Source of the DNA: Octopus sinensis | Lineage: Eukaryota | Reading direction: 5' to 3' | Length of the DNA stretch: 64,000 bases | NCBI RefSeq assembly: GCF_006345805.1 | Contig: NC_043006.1 | Coordinates: forward strand, 25,110,001 to 25,174,000 | Notes under the pieces: generated by a model | What the model saw: only the letters and a program-made list of their open reading frames with translations | What the model was told of the DNA's origin: nothing | Database searches by the model: none | Translations under genes and position numbers: made by a program | Shown: piece after piece, positions 63,690-64,000 of the stretch | Position numbering within the stretch: the stretch's first letter is position 1 | Layout: each line of letters begins with the position of its first letter

Positions 63690-64000
63690 AAAGTGGGGTA
63701 GGTTTTCGATCAAAAGGGATCGTAAAAGAGAAAGAAGAAAAAAAAAGAAACAAAAGAAACAAAAGAAAAGAAAAAAGGAAAAAAAAGGAAAAAAGGGGAA
63801 AAAAACAATCAATAGGGATCGTGTATCACAGTGTCATGATGTAAGGTGTAAAGGGGGAAGCAGATAAGGTTTATCCATGGGAAGAAAAGCCTACAGAAAA
63901 GACCACGGTAACCTCGGTCAATATTGTTACATGTTACCACATTTGTTTGCAAGTGGGTAACCCTCTGTTTTAAATTTCTGGGTTCATAGGGTTATGCTCA
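63690..64000 (-). mobile_element. Probable L1/Tx1-type LINE 3' UTR fragment
   Basis: Minus strand has T-rich runs and a 3' UTR-like sequence I associate with an octopus L1/Tx1 repeat; no ORF in the window. Confidence 0.4.

Overview
AT-rich, microsatellite-dense animal genomic DNA. The tRNA-headed SINE families, RTE LINE tails ending in (GAT)n and repeat density look like an octopus or other cephalopod genome; this is inferred from repeat recognition, not a database hit. Most of the window is decayed mobile DNA: RTE and R4/Dong LINEs, at least five Penelope-like elements (PLEs), a Ty3/Gypsy relic, two Tc1/mariner copies, Helitrons, hAT, Tigger and piggyBac relics and MITEs, and many SINEs. One host gene is visible as four (possibly five) phase-compatible exons on the minus strand at about 59.7-62.0 kb; I do not recognise the protein. 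The most notable patterns are: (i) long foldback (inverted-repeat) elements whose arms carry hammerhead-ribozyme cores (CTGANGA...GAAAC...GTH), several with an unusually long stem II insert; (ii) three PLE copies with a long Asn-rich spacer between RT thumb and GIY-YIG endonuclease; (iii) a head-to-tail stack of Dong-type elements and a non-coding partner in (TAA)n; (iv) a near-identical 1.3-kb tandem duplication. Coordinates of decayed elements are approximate because they were read by eye.
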